Assembly: GCA_963832165.1 (NCBI GenBank)
Contig: CAWHTE010000003.1
Coordinates: 263,324 to 327,323 of the forward strand
Direction: 5' to 3'
DNA: 64,000 bases
Source: an uncultured delta proteobacterium
GTDB taxonomy: Bacteria > Myxococcota_A > UBA9160 > SMWR01
The position numbers and the translations under genes were made by a program. Below the pieces are notes generated by a model that did no database searches, was not told the origin of the DNA, and saw only the letters and a program-made list of their open reading frames with translations. Positions 31,070 through 41,055 of the stretch are shown here, piece by piece. How positions within the stretch are numbered: the stretch's first letter is position 1; every line of letters starts with the position of its first letter.

Positions 31070-31581
31070 GCGGCCCGTCCGCGAGCTCCTCGGAGTCGTG
31101 GGACGCGCTCGCGCGCGCGGCTGCCGCGCACCGCGACGCGCCCGCACCGGCCGAAGTCCTGCGCCAGCTCCTGTGCGTGCGCGTCGACGGCGTCCCGTAC
31201 GCGGTGCCGATCGAGAACGTGCGCGAGATCGTGCGGGTGCGGCCGATCACGCCGATCCCGCGCACGGTCAGCTCCGTGCGCGGCGTGATCTCGCTGCGCG
31301 GGGAGATCATCCAGGTGATCGATCTGCGGCTGCGGCTCGGCCTCGCGCCCGCAGCGTCGAGCAAGGCGACGCGCATCGTCGTCGTGCAGGCCGACGACGG
31401 CCGCGCCGCGGGTGTACTCGTGGACGAGGTTCGCGAGGTGCTGCGCGTGTCCGAGTCGGCGATCGGCTCACCGACAGCGGCCGACGCGCTGGGAGTCGTT
31501 GCGGCGCTGTGCACGAATGGCGCCGAGTTCGTGTCGGTCGTGGACCTGAACCGTCTGCTGGAGGTGTCGGGCCGTGCCTAA
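31066..31581 (+). CDS. cheW: CheW-like coupling protein 1
   Basis: GTGA overlap with cheA. LLCVRVDGVPYAVPIENVREIV...VRGVISLRGEIIQVIDLR. Confidence 0.85.
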   Translation: MSGPSASSSESWDALARAAAAHRDAPAPAEVLRQLLCVRVDGVPYAVPIENVREIVRVRPITPIPRTVSSVRGVISLRGEIIQVIDLRLRLGLAPAASSKATRIVVVQADDGRAAGVLVDEVREVLRVSESAIGSPTAADALGVVAALCTNGAEFVSVVDLNRLLEVSGRA

Positions 31582-32068
31582 CCTCTCGCTCGGCGCCGAC
31601 AACCGCGTGATGCTGGCCGTGTTCCGCGTCGGAAGCGGAGTGTTCGCACTCGACGTGACCTGCCTGCGCGAGGTGGTGCGCTGGCAGACGTCCACGGTGC
31701 TGCCCAAGGCACCGCGCCTGATCGAAGGCGTGATCGACCTGCGCGGAGTGGTCGTGCCCGTGGTCGACCTCGGCCGCGTGCTCGGGATGAGCGCGGTCGT
31801 GTCGGCTCCGACCGCGCGGATCGCGATCGTCGAGTCGGACGGGCTCGTGATGGGACTCGCGGTCGATGCCGCGGTCGAAGTGGTGTCGGTAGAGGTGGCC
31901 GCGCTCGAAGATCCTCCCGCGCTGGCGACCCATGCGGGCTACGACGCCGCGCGCGCCGTGGTGCGGCGGCCGGGCAGCGCGCCGGTGCTCGTGCTCTCGC
32001 TCGAGCACATCCTCGAGTCGGTCTACCGATCGGCGCTCGCGCGCCAGCCAGTGGAGGATGCGGCGTGA
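31574..32068 (+). CDS. cheW: CheW-like coupling protein 2
   Basis: LAVFRVGSGVFALDVTCLREVV...IEGVIDLRGVVVPVVDLG. Overlaps the previous gene by 8 nt. Confidence 0.85.
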   Translation: MPNLSLGADNRVMLAVFRVGSGVFALDVTCLREVVRWQTSTVLPKAPRLIEGVIDLRGVVVPVVDLGRVLGMSAVVSAPTARIAIVESDGLVMGLAVDAAVEVVSVEVAALEDPPALATHAGYDAARAVVRRPGSAPVLVLSLEHILESVYRSALARQPVEDAA

Positions 32069-34611
32069 ATCGCGAGAACCTGATCGACGGCAAGAGCTTC
32101 GTGATGCGCGCCGTGGGCCTGAACACGGCGCTGTCGATTCCTGCGCTCGTGATCGTTCTCGGCTGCGCGGCGGCGCTGCTCGACCTGCCCGGAGAGCTCT
32201 GGAAGGGGCTGTGGACCGGGATCGCGCTCTACACCGTGTTCGCCTCGCCCGTGAACTTCCTGCTCCAGCGCCGCACGATGACGCCGATCGCCGAGTGGCT
32301 GGACGAGGAGACGCCCGAGGGTGAGCTCACGCAGCGCGCCTTCGCGGCGATGCTCGCGTTCCCGCAGCGCATGGCGTTCGGCGCCCTGCTGGGATGGATC
32401 GCGCCGACCGCGCTGATCTCGATCGGCATGGAGATCTCCTACGTCGATCAGTGGACCGCGTGGGATACCTGGGTGCTCTTGATCGGCGGCTTTGCTGCGG
32501 GGTTCAGCGTCGGCACGCTGACGGGATTCCTCCTGAAGGGCGGCGAGTTCGCGCGCGTGCGCGATGCGCTCGCGAGCGCGGTGGGCGGCCCCGAAGAACG
32601 CCGCCGACTCGCGCCGCGCATGCCGATCCGCGCGAAGCTGGTCGTGACGATCTCTGGCGCGTGCCTGGTGCCGGTGCTGTTCGCGGTGCTGATTGCGCTC
32701 GATCAGGGCGCGAGCGCGCTCGAGTCGATGGCGCTCGATTGGACCCAGCGCGTGCTCGCCGATCTGCCGGCCGATGCGAACGCCGAGCAAGTCGCAGAGC
32801 TGCAGCAGCGGCTCGCGTCGCTCGCACTGCCGGCACCCGTGACGATCGCCGCGCTCGGCGGTGCGGAAGGGGAGCTGCCGGGCGGGGTCGCGGAATCGGT
32901 CGCACGCGCGGCGGCTTCCGGGACCAGCGGCAACAGCAATGGATTCGGCACGCAGGCGGTGTTCTCGTGGCGAAAGCTCGGCGACGGCACGGTCTGGATT
33001 GCAGTCGTCTCGGCGCAGGATCTCTACGCGCGCGGCGCTGCCTCTCCGGAGTTGATCGTCGGGCTCGTCGCGCTGTCGGTCGTGTTCGCGTTGATGCTCG
33101 CGTGGTTCATGGCCCGCGATGTGTCGACACCGGTCGCGATCCTGCAGGCCGCGGCGGACCGGCTCGCCTCGGGCGATCTGCGCCAGGCCGCGAGCTACGA
33201 GTCGGAGGACGAACTCGGTGATCTGGCGCGCTCGTTCGACGGCATGGTCGAGTCGCTGCGCGCGACGATCGCGCGCGTCGCGGCGTCGGCGAACGGCCTC
33301 GAGGCGCGCGCGGGCGCCCTCGGGCCCGTGTGCGAGACGCTCTCTGCCGCGACCGTCGAGCAGGACCAGGGTACGCGGCGCGCTGCTGAGAGCATGGAGC
33401 AGATCAACGCGCAGGTGTCCGGCATCGCGCAGTCGAGCGCGGCGCTCAACGAGAGCATCGAGGAGTCGAGCAGCTCGATTCTCGAGCTCGGCGCATCCGG
33501 CGAGGAGCTGAACGAGACCGCGAGCCTGCTCTCTTCGAAGGTGGACGAGGTCTCGAACTCGATCGAGCAGATGGTGCGCTCGGTGAAGCAGGTGTCCGAG
33601 AACACCGAGGCGCTCGCAAGCGCGGCCGAGGAGACCTCGGCGTCGATGGAAGAGATGGCGACCTCGCTGCGCGAGGTGGACACCTCGGCCGCGGAAGCGG
33701 TACGCCTCTCTCAGCGCGTCGTCGAGCGCGCCGAGAGCGGACGCATCAAGGTGAGAGAGACGATCGCGGGCATGGAGGCGATCCGAGAGGCGACCGAGAC
33801 CGCCGAGGAGGTGATCCGGAACCTCGGCGCGCGCGCGGTGGAGATCGGCGCGATCGTGAACGTGATCGACGACGTCGCGGACGAGACCAATCTGCTCGCG
33901 CTCAACGCCGCGATCATCGCCGCGCAGTCGGGCGACCACGGCCGCGCGTTCAGCGTGGTGGCCGAGGAGATCAAGGATCTCGCCGAGCGCGTGCTCGCGA
34001 GCACCAAGGAGATCGGCGGACTGATCCGCTCGGTGCAGCACGAGGCGGGCAAGGCGACCGCCGCGATCGAGCGCGGCAGCGCATCCGTCGCGAGCGGTGT
34101 GGACTTGTCGGCCGAGGCGGGCATGGCGCTCGAGGAGATCACGGCTGCGTCGCAGGACAGCGGGTCGCGAATCTCTGGAATCGTCTCCTCGCTGCGCGAA
34201 CAGGCGAAGGCGGCCGGCCACGTCGTGGATCTGATGGAGCGCGTGCGCGGTGGGGTCGACGTGATTCGCCAGGCCTCCGCCGAGCAGAATCGCGGCAACG
34301 TGGTGGTGTTCCAGGGCGCCGTGACCATGCGTGAAGTGGCGCTGCAGGTGCGCGGCACTACCGAGGAGCAGGCGCGCGGTTCGGGGCGGATTCGCGAGAG
34401 TGTGGAAGAGGTGCGCGAGGCGGTGGAGCGGATCAATTCGGCGCTGCAGGAGCAGTCACAGGCCTGTTCGGCGGCCGCCGACTTCCTCGAAGAGGTACGC
34501 GGACGCGGCGCGACCAACGAGCAGGCGACCCACACGGTCGCCGAGGTCGCGCGGGAACTCCTGGCCCAGGCCGAGGAGCTGCGCGGAGAGGTGCGGCGGT
34601 TCCGGATGTAG
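32065..34611 (+). CDS. methyl-accepting chemotaxis protein (848 aa; polytopic N-terminus, HAMP, long signalling domain)
   Basis: Signalling hairpin EIGAIVNVIDDVADETNLLALNAAIIAAQSGDHGRAFSVVAEEIKDLAE. HAMP segment PVAILQAAADRLASGDLRQ. GTGA overlap with the upstream gene. Confidence 0.9.
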   Translation: MNRENLIDGKSFVMRAVGLNTALSIPALVIVLGCAAALLDLPGELWKGLWTGIALYTVFASPVNFLLQRRTMTPIAEWLDEETPEGELTQRAFAAMLAFPQRMAFGALLGWIAPTALISIGMEISYVDQWTAWDTWVLLIGGFAAGFSVGTLTGFLLKGGEFARVRDALASAVGGPEERRRLAPRMPIRAKLVVTISGACLVPVLFAVLIALDQGASALESMALDWTQRVLADLPADANAEQVAELQQRLASLALPAPVTIAALGGAEGELPGGVAESVARAAASGTSGNSNGFGTQAVFSWRKLGDGTVWIAVVSAQDLYARGAASPELIVGLVALSVVFALMLAWFMARDVSTPVAILQAAADRLASGDLRQAASYESEDELGDLARSFDGMVESLRATIARVAASANGLEARAGALGPVCETLSAATVEQDQGTRRAAESMEQINAQVSGIAQSSAALNESIEESSSSILELGASGEELNETASLLSSKVDEVSNSIEQMVRSVKQVSENTEALASAAEETSASMEEMATSLREVDTSAAEAVRLSQRVVERAESGRIKVRETIAGMEAIREATETAEEVIRNLGARAVEIGAIVNVIDDVADETNLLALNAAIIAAQSGDHGRAFSVVAEEIKDLAERVLASTKEIGGLIRSVQHEAGKATAAIERGSASVASGVDLSAEAGMALEEITAASQDSGSRISGIVSSLREQAKAAGHVVDLMERVRGGVDVIRQASAEQNRGNVVVFQGAVTMREVALQVRGTTEEQARGSGRIRESVEEVREAVERINSALQEQSQACSAAADFLEEVRGRGATNEQATHTVAEVARELLAQAEELRGEVRRFRM

Positions 34612-34638
34612 CTCCGGATCCGCCAGGAGGATCGATTC

Positions 34639-35679
34639 ATGATCGCTGGGTGTCCGAAATGCGCGGCGCGATACCGCATCGACACCGCCAAGCTGCGGCC
34701 CGAGGGCGCGCGCCTGCGCTGCTCGCGCTGCGAGACCGTGTTCCGCGTGCAGCCGGACGCGGAAGAGGCGCCGGCGCCGATCGCGACGCGCGCGCCCGCT
34801 GTGGCGCCGCGTCCTGCACCCGCGTCCTCACCGATGCCGCGCACCGCGGCGTCCGCGCGCGCGCCGAGCGCGCCGCCCGCAGAGCCGACGGGCGATCCGA
34901 CCCGGCGCGTGCTGATCGCCCATCCCGAGGAGGAGTCCGGCAAGGCGATCGCCGACGCGCTCGCGAGCTGGGGTCTCTCGCCGCTGCTCGTGTACGACGG
35001 CGTGGAGGCCATGCTGCAGATTCAGCGCACGTTGCCGCGCGTCGTGGTGCTCGATGCGGCGCTGCCGAAGATGTTCGGCTTCCAGGTCTGCGAGATCATG
35101 AAGCGCAACGAGCAGCTGCGCGCGATTCCGGTCGTGCTGGTCGGTGCAATCCACGATCAGGACCGCTACCGGCGTCCACCCGAGGAGATCTACGGCGCCG
35201 ACGCCTATCTCGAACGCCATCAGCTGCCCGACGCGCTCGCGGAGCTGCTGGTGCGCTTCGGCATCCAGTCGGCACCGGCCGCTCCAGCGCCGGTGGCGCC
35301 AGCGCCGACCGCTCCAGCACCGGTTCGCGCGCCTCGTCCGGTGCAGGCCATGCCCGAGCGTGCGCCGGCGGCCGTTGCTCCCGCTCCCGCGGCGCCGCGC
35401 GCCGCCGCGCCGCCCGCAGCGGCGCCGGCTCCCGCTGCGAACCCCGAGATCGAGAAGGCGCAGCGCCTCGCGCGCATCATCGTCTCGGACGTGATCCTCT
35501 ACAACCAGGAGAAGTTCGATGCCGCGGTCCGGGCGGGCAACGTGGTGAACGCGCTCTCCGCGGAGCTCGAAGAGGGCGTTTCGCTGTTCGCCTCGCGCGT
35601 CGATGCGCGACTGTGCGATCCGCGCGAATACCTGCAGCGCGAGCTCGTGCGCGTGGCGCGATCACGGGGAATGAAATGA
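34639..35679 (+). CDS. MJ0042-type zinc-ribbon protein with degenerate receiver domain and Pro/Ala-rich linkers
   Basis: CPKCAARYRI...LRCSRCETVFRV zinc ribbon. Receiver-like RRVLIAHPEEESG...VVVLDAALPKM...PVVLVGA lacks the N-terminal acidic pair and the conserved Lys. Conserved-looking C-terminus AQRLARIIVSDVILYNQEKF. Confidence 0.65.
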   Translation: MIAGCPKCAARYRIDTAKLRPEGARLRCSRCETVFRVQPDAEEAPAPIATRAPAVAPRPAPASSPMPRTAASARAPSAPPAEPTGDPTRRVLIAHPEEESGKAIADALASWGLSPLLVYDGVEAMLQIQRTLPRVVVLDAALPKMFGFQVCEIMKRNEQLRAIPVVLVGAIHDQDRYRRPPEEIYGADAYLERHQLPDALAELLVRFGIQSAPAAPAPVAPAPTAPAPVRAPRPVQAMPERAPAAVAPAPAAPRAAAPPAAAPAPAANPEIEKAQRLARIIVSDVILYNQEKFDAAVRAGNVVNALSAELEEGVSLFASRVDARLCDPREYLQRELVRVARSRGMK

Positions 35680-37784
35680 TGTTGACCTACGACGATCGCG
35701 AGCGCGCGAGCGTGCTCCAGGATCTCCGCGATGGCGACCCCGAGGTGCGCCGGCTGGCCGTCGAGCGCATCGACGTGCTCGGCGAAGACGAGGGGGTCGC
35801 GCAGCTGATCGAGCGGCTCGGCGACCCCGACTGGCGCGTGCGCAAGTCCGCGGTGCAGCGGATCGCCACGCGCATCGACCCGGATCAGACGGCACAGAAG
35901 CTGATCGCGGCGCTCGCGGATGGCGAGAACCCGGGCCGCCGCAATTCGGCGGTCGAGGCGCTCGTGGCGATCGGCGGGGGTGCGGTGGCGCCGCTGATCG
36001 ACGCCTGCGACGACACAGACTGCGACGTGCGCAAGTTCGTCGTCGATGCGCTGGCCGGAATCGGCAGCGAGGCGGCGATCGATGCGCTGTGTGCGCGGCT
36101 CGCCGATCCCGACGTGAACGTGCGTGCGGCCGCGGCCGACGCGCTAGGCGCCGTCGGTGGCACGGCCGCGCGCCGCGCTCTGCGCGGGACCGCGTGCGAC
36201 ACGCTCCAGGACTCGCTCGTGCGCTTCTCCGCGCTCCACGCGCTCGAGGCGCTCGAGGAGCCGATGCTCGCCGAAGAGCTCTCGAGCGTGCTCGGAGATC
36301 CGATGCTGGGCCCGGCGGGCCTCGCACTGCTCGGCCGCAACGAGAGCGACCCGATGGCGCTCGATACCCTCTTGAAGGGGCTCTCGAGCGGAGTGCGCGC
36401 CGCGCGCGAGTCGTCGATGCGCGGTGTGCTGCGCCTCGCAGCGCGGCTCGACGGAGCCGAGCAGAGCGACCTGTACGCGCAGCTCGAAGAGCTCGCGCGT
36501 TCGGCGCCCAACCTCACGGACTCGGCCGTGGCGCGACTGCCCGACGCCGACCTCGGTACCCAGCTCGTGCTCGTGCAGTTTCTCGGACTCCTGCGCGCGC
36601 GCAGCGCGGTGGTGCCGATCCTCGAGGTCGGGCGCGACGAGGCCCTCGCGCAGGTGGTGCTCGAGACGGTGGCCGCGATCGGACCTGTCGCCGCGGAAGA
36701 GCTCGACTCGGCGTGGGCACGTCTCTCGCAGGAGCGCCGGCGCGCCGCGTGCGAGGTGCTGGGTCGCGTGGGAGGTCCGCGTGCGGTCGAGCGCCTGATC
36801 GCGACACTCGACGATGCCGACCCGATGCTGCGCGCCGCGGCCGCGCGCTCGCTCGGCGCATTGCGCGTCGAGAAGGCGCTCGTGCCGCTCGTACGCCGAT
36901 TGGAGCACGCCGCGTCCGAGGAGGATCCCGAGGGCGAGAGCGAGCGCAGCGCGCTCTGCGACGCGATCGTCGCGCTCGCGGGGCCCGATGCCGAGGGCCG
37001 CGCGCCCGCGCTCGCGGCGCGCGCTGTCGAGCTGCTGACGAACGCGCTCTCCGGGTCGAGCGACGAGACGCGCCTGGTGGCGGCGCGCGCGCTGGGCCGG
37101 ATCGCGCGTCGCGACGACGCGGACCTCGTGGCGCTCTTGATGAAGGACCCGAGTGCGCGCGTGCGGCGTGCGGCGGTCGAGGCGATCGCGCGCCTCGAGC
37201 CCGAGCGCACGCCGGAGCCGCTGCACCTCGCGATCGCGGACGAGTCGCCCGCGGTGCGGATCGCCGCGGCCCGTGCGCTCGGTGCATCGCGCAGCGACGG
37301 TGTGTTCGACGATCTGCGGCGGCTGGCGGAGGACGGCGATCTGCGCGTACGCGCGATGGCCGTGCAGATGATCGGGCGCCGGTTCGCAGGCGACCCCGAG
37401 CCCGGGATCCGAGCGGCGGCGCTCGCGGTGCTCTCGCGCGCGTGCGAAGACGTGGCGCCCGTCGCGCTCGCGGTGGTGGAGGCGGTGAAGGAGATCGGCG
37501 GAGAGGCGTCCGGCTACGTCGTGCCGCTGCTCGGGCGTTCGGAGCCCGAGGTGGTGCGCGAGGCCGTGCGCTGCTTCGGCGATCACGCCGAGCCGGGCGA
37601 ACTCGAGGCGCTCTTGCCGCTCGTGTCGCACCCGGACTGGTCGGTGCGCGCCGAGGTGGTGGAGATCCTTGCCGAGCGCGGGGTGCGGCAGGCGGTTCCC
37701 GCGATCCTGCGGCGGCTCGAGACGGAGCAGGACGACGTCGTGCGCAGCGTCACGTTGGCCGCGCTGCAGCGGCTGGAGAGCTAG
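35676..37784 (+). CDS. HEAT-repeat (PBS-lyase-type) protein, 702 aa
   Basis: Real part of ORF 34650..37784, from the ATG overlapping the previous stop. More than 15 repeats of the pattern L..D.D..VR..A..ALG. Confidence 0.8.
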   Translation: MMLTYDDRERASVLQDLRDGDPEVRRLAVERIDVLGEDEGVAQLIERLGDPDWRVRKSAVQRIATRIDPDQTAQKLIAALADGENPGRRNSAVEALVAIGGGAVAPLIDACDDTDCDVRKFVVDALAGIGSEAAIDALCARLADPDVNVRAAAADALGAVGGTAARRALRGTACDTLQDSLVRFSALHALEALEEPMLAEELSSVLGDPMLGPAGLALLGRNESDPMALDTLLKGLSSGVRAARESSMRGVLRLAARLDGAEQSDLYAQLEELARSAPNLTDSAVARLPDADLGTQLVLVQFLGLLRARSAVVPILEVGRDEALAQVVLETVAAIGPVAAEELDSAWARLSQERRRAACEVLGRVGGPRAVERLIATLDDADPMLRAAAARSLGALRVEKALVPLVRRLEHAASEEDPEGESERSALCDAIVALAGPDAEGRAPALAARAVELLTNALSGSSDETRLVAARALGRIARRDDADLVALLMKDPSARVRRAAVEAIARLEPERTPEPLHLAIADESPAVRIAAARALGASRSDGVFDDLRRLAEDGDLRVRAMAVQMIGRRFAGDPEPGIRAAALAVLSRACEDVAPVALAVVEAVKEIGGEASGYVVPLLGRSEPEVVREAVRCFGDHAEPGELEALLPLVSHPDWSVRAEVVEILAERGVRQAVPAILRRLETEQDDVVRSVTLAALQRLES

Positions 37785-37825
37785 GGGGCGACGTGCCGGC
37801 GGGTGGCGCAACGGGCGAGCTCGGT

Positions 37826-38728
37826 ATGACGGACCGCGAATTCCGCTGGTTCGCGGAGCTCGTGCGCTCGCATTGCGGGCTCACGTTCACGCCCGAGACG
37901 CGCTTCCTGCTCGAGCGGCGCGTCGCGCGTCGCATGCGCGAGCTGTCGATCACGAGCCTGTCGGCCTATCAGTACGAGCTGCGCCAAGACTCGAAGCGCG
38001 ACGGCGAGCTCGCGGAGCTGATCGACGAGCTCACCACCAACGAGACGTATTTCTTCCGCGAGCGCAGCCAGCTGCGGGCGCTCATGGCGGAGATCCTGCC
38101 CGAGGCGCTGGTCGCGCGCCGCGAGCGCGGCTCCGGGCCCGTGTCCGTGTGGTCGGCCGGCTGCTCGAGCGGCGAGGAGCCCTACAGCCTCGTGATCCTG
38201 GCCCGCGAGGCGGGCTTCGATCCCCAGCGAGATCTCCGCGTGTACGCCTCGGACATCTCGCGCCGGATGATGAAGCGCGCGCGCGCGGGCAACTACCGCG
38301 AGGCCTCGTTCCGCGAGACCGAGCCGGCGCTGCGCGAGAAGTACTTCGAGGAGAAGGACGGCACGTGGACCGTGAGCGATGCGGTCAAGAAATGCGTCGA
38401 CTTCATCCACCTGAACCTGACCGACCGCTCGCGGATCGCGTTGCTCGGCTCGATGGACGTGATCCTGTGCCGCAACGTGATGATCTACTTCGACGCGGAC
38501 ACCAAGCGCGAGGTGATCGGCACGTTCGAGAACAAGCTGCGCGCAGGCGGACACCTGCTGCTCGGTCACTCGGAGTCGCTGATCAACGTGACGAGCGGGC
38601 TCGAGCTGCGCCACCTCAAGAGCGACCTCGTGTACCGCAAGCCGGTCACGGGCTTCCCGCGCCGCGATCCGTGGCACGTCGCGGCGATGCGCGCGATCGG
38701 CGACGCGGAGCGTTCCGATGAGCGGTAG
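37826..38728 (+). CDS. cheR: chemotaxis protein methyltransferase CheR
   Basis: Real part of ORF 36089..38728. TNETYFFRE, VWSAGCSSGEEPYS, ILCRNVMIYFD. Confidence 0.9.
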   Translation: MTDREFRWFAELVRSHCGLTFTPETRFLLERRVARRMRELSITSLSAYQYELRQDSKRDGELAELIDELTTNETYFFRERSQLRALMAEILPEALVARRERGSGPVSVWSAGCSSGEEPYSLVILAREAGFDPQRDLRVYASDISRRMMKRARAGNYREASFRETEPALREKYFEEKDGTWTVSDAVKKCVDFIHLNLTDRSRIALLGSMDVILCRNVMIYFDADTKREVIGTFENKLRAGGHLLLGHSESLINVTSGLELRHLKSDLVYRKPVTGFPRRDPWHVAAMRAIGDAERSDER

Positions 38729-39812
38729 ATCGCCGATCCGTACTCTAGTGATCGACGACTCGGCGTTCAGCCGCCAGGCGATCACGCGCATGCTCCAGAC
38801 TTCGCCGCTAGTCGAGGTCGTGGGCGTGGCGCGCGACGGCGAGGAGGCGCTGCGCAAGACCTTCGAGCTCGAGCCCGACCTGATCACCGTCGATCTCGAG
38901 ATGCCGAAGATGGACGGCTTCACGTTCCTGCGCATCGTGATGAGCAAGCGGCCGACGCCCGTGATCGTGATCAGCGGCCGCAGCGGCGAGGACGACGTGT
39001 TCAAGGCGCTCGAGCTCGGCGCCGTCGACTTCATCGCGAAGCCGACGCCCCACGCGACCCCGATGCTGTCGTCGATCTCGCAGGAGCTGATCCGGAAGGT
39101 GCACTCGATCCGCGCGCTGCGGATCGACAAGGTGCAGGAGCGGATCCGCTCGATGCCCCCGCTGGTCGCGCGCCACGAGGTCGGCTCCGCGCCGCGCGCC
39201 GTGGTGATCGGCTCGTCGACGGGCGGCCCCGCGGCGCTGATGCAGGTGTTCGGCGCGTTCACGAGCGCGCCGCCGTGCGCGTTCCTGATCGCGCAGCACA
39301 TGCCCAAGGGCTTCACGCGCGGCTTCGCCGAGCGCCTCGATCGGCTCACCGCGCTGCGCGCGAGCGAGGCGCGCGGGGGCGAGCAGCCCGCGCCCGGAAC
39401 GATCCTGCTCGCGCCGGGCGGCCGCCACCTCGAGGTCGAATCGTCGAGCGGGAATCCCGTGACGCGCGTGGTCGCGAACGTGGGCGATCGGTACACGCCT
39501 TCCGTCGACCGGCTGTTCGAGTCGGCGGCGAAGGCGTACGGCGCCGACCTCGTGGGGATCGTGCTGACGGGGATGGGCGACGACGGCCGCCGCGGCGCCC
39601 AGGCGATCCGCGCCTCGGGCGGGCGCGTGATCGCGGAGTCCGAGAAGACCGCAGTGATCTTCGGCATGCCGCAGCAGGTGATCCGCTGCGGCGCTGCCGA
39701 TCTGGTGTTGCCACTCGACGAGATCGCGCGCGCGATCCAGCGCGGTGTCGGGTCGGTGATCGCCGAAGCGACTGAGGGCGGCGCGTCCGCCCTTGGAAAG
39801 GGGCGCGCATGA
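38718..39812 (+). CDS. cheB: chemotaxis response regulator protein-glutamate methylesterase CheB
   Basis: Receiver VIDDSAFSR...DLITVDLEMPKMDG. Esterase domain GSSTGGP...AQHMP...GMGDDG. Confidence 0.9.
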   Translation: MSGRSPIRTLVIDDSAFSRQAITRMLQTSPLVEVVGVARDGEEALRKTFELEPDLITVDLEMPKMDGFTFLRIVMSKRPTPVIVISGRSGEDDVFKALELGAVDFIAKPTPHATPMLSSISQELIRKVHSIRALRIDKVQERIRSMPPLVARHEVGSAPRAVVIGSSTGGPAALMQVFGAFTSAPPCAFLIAQHMPKGFTRGFAERLDRLTALRASEARGGEQPAPGTILLAPGGRHLEVESSSGNPVTRVVANVGDRYTPSVDRLFESAAKAYGADLVGIVLTGMGDDGRRGAQAIRASGGRVIAESEKTAVIFGMPQQVIRCGAADLVLPLDEIARAIQRGVGSVIAEATEGGASALGKGRA

Positions 39813-40627
39813 GCGAACAGGATCCGAAAATCAGCTCGCGCGCGGAGGATTTCCTCGCCCTGTTCAGCAAGGGCGCGGAGTTCACGCGCGAGCTCCTCAA
39901 GGAGAACGAGCGGCTGCGTGGTCGGCTCGCGTCGATCACCGACCGCCAGGAGTCGGCTGCACGCCACCCGCACGACTGGGACAAGCTGCGCCACGAGCTG
40001 GTGTCGCGGATCGCGACCCTCGAGGAGGAGTGCACGACGGTTCGGGAGCGGCTCGACCAGGTCGAGCTCGAGAATTCCCAGTTCGCACAGCGCTACGTCG
40101 AAGTCGAGGAAGAGAACAACAACCTCGCCAATCTCTACGTCTCCAGCTACCAGCTCCACTCCACGCTCGATCTCGACGAGGTGATTCGGATCATCACCGA
40201 AATCGTGATCAACCTGATCGGCGCAGACGTGTTCGCGATCTACATGATCGACGGCGAGCGCTCCGAGCTCACACCCGTCGCGTCCGAGGGCATGGAGGTC
40301 TCGGCGTTCCCGAAGGCGAAGCTCGGCGTGGGCGTGCTCGGAAAGGCCGTCGCGTCGAACTCGGCCACCTGCTGGGACGCGCAGCGCTCCGACGATCTCT
40401 CCCAGCCGATCGTATGCGTGCCGCTCGTGGTGCAGAACCGGCCGATCGGCGCGATCGCGGTGTACGGGCTGCTCGCACAGAAGGACGGCTTCACCGCGCT
40501 CGACCACGAGCTGTTCAACATGCTGGGCGGCCACGCCGCCACCGCGATCTTCGCCGCGAAGCTCTATTCGCAGTCGGAGCGCAAGCTCAACACGATCCAG
40601 GGTTTCATCGATCTCTTGACCAAGTAG
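39809..40627 (+). CDS. coiled-coil + GAF domain protein
   Basis: The N-terminal 100 aa are heptad-rich. The GAF-like part reads LDEVIRIITEIVINLIGADVFAIYMID...VPLVVQNRPIGAIAVYGLL. ATGA overlap with cheB. Confidence 0.75.
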   Translation: MSEQDPKISSRAEDFLALFSKGAEFTRELLKENERLRGRLASITDRQESAARHPHDWDKLRHELVSRIATLEEECTTVRERLDQVELENSQFAQRYVEVEEENNNLANLYVSSYQLHSTLDLDEVIRIITEIVINLIGADVFAIYMIDGERSELTPVASEGMEVSAFPKAKLGVGVLGKAVASNSATCWDAQRSDDLSQPIVCVPLVVQNRPIGAIAVYGLLAQKDGFTALDHELFNMLGGHAATAIFAAKLYSQSERKLNTIQGFIDLLTK

Positions 40628-40662
40628 GCGCGCGCGCTGCGCCGCCGCACGGGGCAATCACC

Positions 40663-41037
40663 ATGGGCCATCGAATCCTCATCGTCGAAGACAGCCCGAC
40701 CATGCGTCAGCTGCTGTCCTTCGCGCTCCGCCGACTCCGCGACGTCGAGATCGTGGAAGCGCAGGACGGCATGGACGGCTTGCGCAAGGTGTCGAGCGAT
40801 CACTTCGATCTCGCGCTGATCGACATCAACATGCCCGTGATGGACGGGCTCAAGCTGATCAGCTTGATCCGCGGCGACGAGGCGCTCAAGGAGATCCCGA
40901 TCGTCGTGATCACGACCGAGGGCGCCAACGAGGACCGCGACCGCGCGCTCAAGCTCGGCGCGAACGAATATCTCTGCAAACCGATCCAGGCGAACCAGGT
41001 GCTGTCGGTGGTGAAGGGCCTGCTCAAGGCGGACTGA
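40663..41037 (+). CDS. cheY: CheY-like single-domain response regulator 2
   Basis: Real part of ORF 39793..41037. HRILIVEDSPTMR...DLALIDINMPVMDG...VVITTEG...GANEYLCKP. Confidence 0.9.
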   Translation: MGHRILIVEDSPTMRQLLSFALRRLRDVEIVEAQDGMDGLRKVSSDHFDLALIDINMPVMDGLKLISLIRGDEALKEIPIVVITTEGANEDRDRALKLGANEYLCKPIQANQVLSVVKGLLKAD

Positions 41038-41055
41038 CCCGATAAGCTCCGGCGC

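Noticed and set aside
34650-35675. 5' third of the 1044-aa ORF 34650..37784
   Set aside because: It is out of frame with the Zn-ribbon protein gene. HEAT repeats only start after the ATG at 35676.
37781-40657. 958-aa minus-strand ORF
   Set aside because: Antisense to cheR, cheB and the GAF gene, all of which have strong motifs on the + strand.
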